Assembly (NCBI GenBank): GCA_964016885.1 | Contig: OZ024743.1 | Span: 4,030,001-4,094,000 of the forward strand | DNA length: 64,000 nucleotides | DNA from: Eledone cirrhosa | Lineage: Eukaryota | Reading direction: 5' to 3' | Part shown: positions 61,001 to 64,000 of the stretch, in pieces | Layout: each line of letters begins with the position of its first letter | Numbering within the stretch: the stretch's first letter is position 1 | The notes under the pieces: model-generated | What the model was told of the DNA's origin: nothing | Seen by the model: the letters and a program-made list of their open reading frames with translations, nothing else | Database searches by the model: none | Program-made: the position numbers and the translations under genes

Positions 61001-61493
61001 CCGTGTTTACATTGAAGCTGTCGGTGTTATTGTCGTTATTGCTCTGAGTTGTTGTTGTGGTGGTGGTGGTGGTGATGTCGTTTTCAGATGATACTGCTGC
61101 TATCCCAGAAGGATGTGAAGGTAGCTTTTTAGATTTGCCTTCACATTCAGTAGAGTGGATGACAGGCATGACTGTAGCCGTCGTAGTCGTGGTGAAATCT
61201 ACAGTGGCTGCCTTTAAACTTTTGACCTGAACGTTGTTTACCGTTTCAAGGTCGAACATTTTCATAATTTTTTTTTTTTGGTGGGGAAGCGATTTTTTTC
61301 GAAATTTTAAAAAATAAATCTGAATATTCGGGCTTAAAGCCCGAATATTGAGAGGTATCCCTCTCTTTAAATCAAGATGTGTGCCTTAAGTTTCGTTAAC
61401 GACAAGAAAATACAAAAAATGACACTTTAAAACAGCTTAAAGTTACAAACCTTTTCCCCCGCAGATTTGTACTGTCTTCACACATGTGCGGCC
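58012..61493 (-). mobile_element. Internally deleted Tx1 element: family D 5'UTR/ORF1 fused at ~60001 to the 3' half of a family B-like ORF2
   Basis: ORF1 pieces 60714-61265, 60444-60713 and 59946-60371 (CFVCGEATHLQAFC). 58289-60001 resembles 32610-34388. Bounded by (TAA)n. Confidence 0.9.
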
Positions 61494-61543
<50 letters not shown>

Positions 61544-61545
<2 letters not shown>

Positions 61546-64000
61546 TTTCTTTATTAACCACAAGGGTTTACATAAAGTAGACATTAAGGACAGTGCAGGA
61601 CAATGCAGGACGGTACAAATGGGCATTTCTGCGTGTAAAAAAAACAAAAATAGAGGATGTAACAAAAATAACAATGAAAATAACAATGAAAAATTCCCCA
61701 ATAGGGGGGAGACTTCGGAGGAACATTTGTGGAGAAAGCCCAGTAAAAAGCCACAATGACCCTGACCACCAAGGCAAGTGCCCTCTCCCAGTTTTCCACC
61801 TTTAGTTTACAGATATATACTCAGAGTCGGCCCATTCACTCGGGCCATTCTTGCTTCTCTCACCCATCTTTCAACAAAATGCTGGGAAGAGAGCACTTCC
61901 TTCTCTACTCTGATTTTCCTTTTCAAATGAAATTTGAAAAAGTCAATCAGAGCATCACCGAAGAGGTAAGTGCTCGTCTTCAGCCCTTTCAAACGTGTCC
62001 ACCATACTATCTCTTTCGCCATGGCCACCAGACAGATAAAAACTGCCTGCCCTTCCCGGCTAAAGGAGGAGGGCGGGGCAATCCTCACGATAGACTCAGA
62101 TGATAGCTGGATCCGTCCTAAACGCGACAGCAGGTGTTCGACATAAACCCACAAGTCAGCAATTTTCGGACACTGGACGAGTGCGTGCAGGACGGTTTCG
62201 TCGCCCTGCGCGCATCTCGGACATGCCCGGCTGACGGCACCTCCATGCCTGTAGAGTTTATCCCGAACTGGCAAGGCTCCTCGGTAGCACTGCCAGGCCA
62301 GAGATTTCTGGAAGTTGTCCATAGGCCCTGGCCCGAAGGTTCTTCCGAAGAGATTGGCTAGTTGATTTTCGTCGACGCCTAGAGTTTCCCCAAGTACGTC
62401 GTCGCTCTTCCCCTCCACTAATCCTCTATAGAACGCCGAGGTGGAGTTTCCACCGATCACATTGCCCGATTGGTCGAGGGCTGTGAGCGCCTGAAGACAT
62501 TCCAGTCTCCAGGCGCTCCCTCTCGGTCTTCGCTTGACCCAGGACTGCAGCTCCGTCAAGGAAACGAGCTGGGGAAAAACGCGTCTAGCAAACGGCGACC
62601 ACACCTGATCACCGTCGAGGAAGAGGTGGAGATGTCGTAGCCTGAGCGCGTGCCTGCGCATCATCAGCCACGGCATGCCCAGCCCTCCACGTAGCGGGTG
62701 TTGACAACAGATGGACCTCCTGACCATCGGAGCACGTCCCTTCCACAAAAAGCGAAAGAGCAAACGCTCCAGCGCAGTCAGGCGAGGCTTAGGACAAGGT
62801 ACGACGGTTAGGCGGTAGCAGATGACAGACGCGATGTACGCGTTAGCCACCTCCGCTCGACCTTTCAGGGATAGCTTCCTCTCCGCCCATTTCTGGGTGA
62901 GAGAAGCCACCCTGCTCGTCACCTCGTCCCAGTTTTTGTCCGTCTGGAGGTCCGGACCGAACCAGACCCCTAGCAATTTAACCGGTCCGTCCGTCCAGCG
63001 CCCGACGACGCTGTTGGACGGCATGGACCTGCCTCTCCAGGTGCCGAGCTGCAGGCCCACTGACTTTTCCTGGTTGATCATTGCTCCTGTCACCGCTTCG
63101 TATTCTCTTAGTGTAGTGCCGATCGCCTCGATGTGTTTGGCGTTCGACACCACTACGGTGACATCGTCCGCATATGCTGACACGGATCTTCCGCATCCTA
63201 GTTCGCGCGGGACTCCCCTCAACGTCTCCAGTTTGTGCAGTAATGGCTCGAGAGTCAATACGTACAAGAGGGACGAGAGGGGACATCCTTGGCGGACCGA
63301 GCGCATGATGTTGAACGGTTCCGACAGGTGACCGTTCACTCTCACCACAGAGCAGATGTCGCTGTGCATGGCAGCGATCCAGCCTCTGAAGACGGGCCCA
63401 AAGCCAGCCGCCCTCAGGACTGCCGCTAGGTAACGATGGTCGACCCTATCGAAAGCTTTCGACTGATCTAAATTGATCAAGGACCCACCCGTGCCAGGTT
63501 CCCTAGCTACCCTCTCTACGATGTATCGCATGAGGTGGAGGTTGTCGTGGATGGATCTGTCGGGAATGGCGCATGTCTGCGCCTCTCCCACCAGACCACC
63601 AACGACAAGCGCCAACCTCTTTGCTAGCACCTTGGCCAAAATCTTAAACTCTGTGTTTAGCAGAGTTATGGGCCGGAAATTGTCTATGTTATCCCCCTTG
63701 TTCGGATCCTTTCTCAGCAGTGCCACCGCTCCTCGGCTCACAGAACTGGGAATTCTCCCGTTCTGTTGCCAGTTGCAGTAGACGTCCGCCAAGAGGCCTC
63801 CGAACAAGTCTGGCATCTGTACGTAAAGTTCATAGGGCAGACCATCCAAACCAGGCGATTTACCCCTTGTGCAGCCAGTCATTGCCTCCCTTACTTCAGC
63901 GGCTGTTATCGGCTTTTCGCAACACTTCGCCTCAGTGGCCGAGAGCCGCGGCAGTCCGTCGAGGTAGACACTAAAGTCCATCCCTCTACCCGGCCCCCCG
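61544..64000 (-). mobile_element. Tx1/L1-clade retrotransposon, family A (copy 3), continuing beyond the window
   Basis: 3'UTR and ORF2 are near-identical to copy 2; (TAA)n at 61494-61543. Confidence 0.97.
61807..64000 (-). CDS. ORF2 (RT plus CCHC part, uninterrupted; 5' part lies outside the window)
   Basis: 724+ aa open frame with all RT motifs and an intact C-terminus. Confidence 0.92.
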   Translation of the reverse strand, partial: GGPGRGMDFSVYLDGLPRLSATEAKCCEKPITAAEVREAMTGCTRGKSPGLDGLPYELYVQMPDLFGGLLADVYCNWQQNGRIPSSVSRGAVALLRKDPNKGDNIDNFRPITLLNTEFKILAKVLAKRLALVVGGLVGEAQTCAIPDRSIHDNLHLMRYIVERVAREPGTGGSLINLDQSKAFDRVDHRYLAAVLRAAGFGPVFRGWIAAMHSDICSVVRVNGHLSEPFNIMRSVRQGCPLSSLLYVLTLEPLLHKLETLRGVPRELGCGRSVSAYADDVTVVVSNAKHIEAIGTTLREYEAVTGAMINQEKSVGLQLGTWRGRSMPSNSVVGRWTDGPVKLLGVWFGPDLQTDKNWDEVTSRVASLTQKWAERKLSLKGRAEVANAYIASVICYRLTVVPCPKPRLTALERLLFRFLWKGRAPMVRRSICCQHPLRGGLGMPWLMMRRHALRLRHLHLFLDGDQVWSPFARRVFPQLVSLTELQSWVKRRPRGSAWRLECLQALTALDQSGNVIGGNSTSAFYRGLVEGKSDDVLGETLGVDENQLANLFGRTFGPGPMDNFQKSLAWQCYRGALPVRDKLYRHGGAVSRACPRCAQGDETVLHALVQCPKIADLWVYVEHLLSRLGRIQLSSESIVRIAPPSSFSREGQAVFICLVAMAKEIVWWTRLKGLKTSTYLFGDALIDFFKFHLKRKIRVEKEVLSSQHFVERWVREARMARVNGPTLSIYL

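Noticed and set aside
26693-64000. Telomeric retrotransposon array (HeT-A/TART or TRAS/SART type)
   Set aside because: No TTAGGG-like repeats are present, the spacers are (TAA)n, and nothing in the window indicates a chromosome end.

Overview
AT-rich, microsatellite-dense animal genomic DNA. The SINE types and repeat landscape suggest a cephalopod such as Octopus (inference only). Positions 1-26.6 kb are intron or intergenic sequence. They hold the terminal coding exon of a globin-family gene (11023-11163, +), many copies of one tRNA-derived SINE, one CORE/V-type SINE, RTE fragments and several Penelope-like remnants with hammerhead ribozymes. Positions 26.7-64 kb (running off the window) are an almost uninterrupted pile-up of ten non-LTR retrotransposon copies, separated by (TAA)n microsatellite. 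The Tx1/L1-clade elements (APE-RT; four 5'/ORF1 families, here called A-D) are all on the minus strand, and the R4/Dong-like RLE elements (two families) are all on the plus strand. Comparing copies shows features of the Tx1 families that decay does not explain. A third conserved ORF (ORF1b) lies in the +1 frame behind an A-rich run at the end of ORF1. An invariant AAG|GTAAGT splice-donor motif sits 38-40 nt before the ORF2 start. A covarying 5'UTR hairpin is present, and a 3' stem-loop with a CUUGU loop is shared with the abundant SINE, suggesting a Tx1-SINE partnership. All calls were made by eye, without database searches; coordinates of degraded repeats are approximate.
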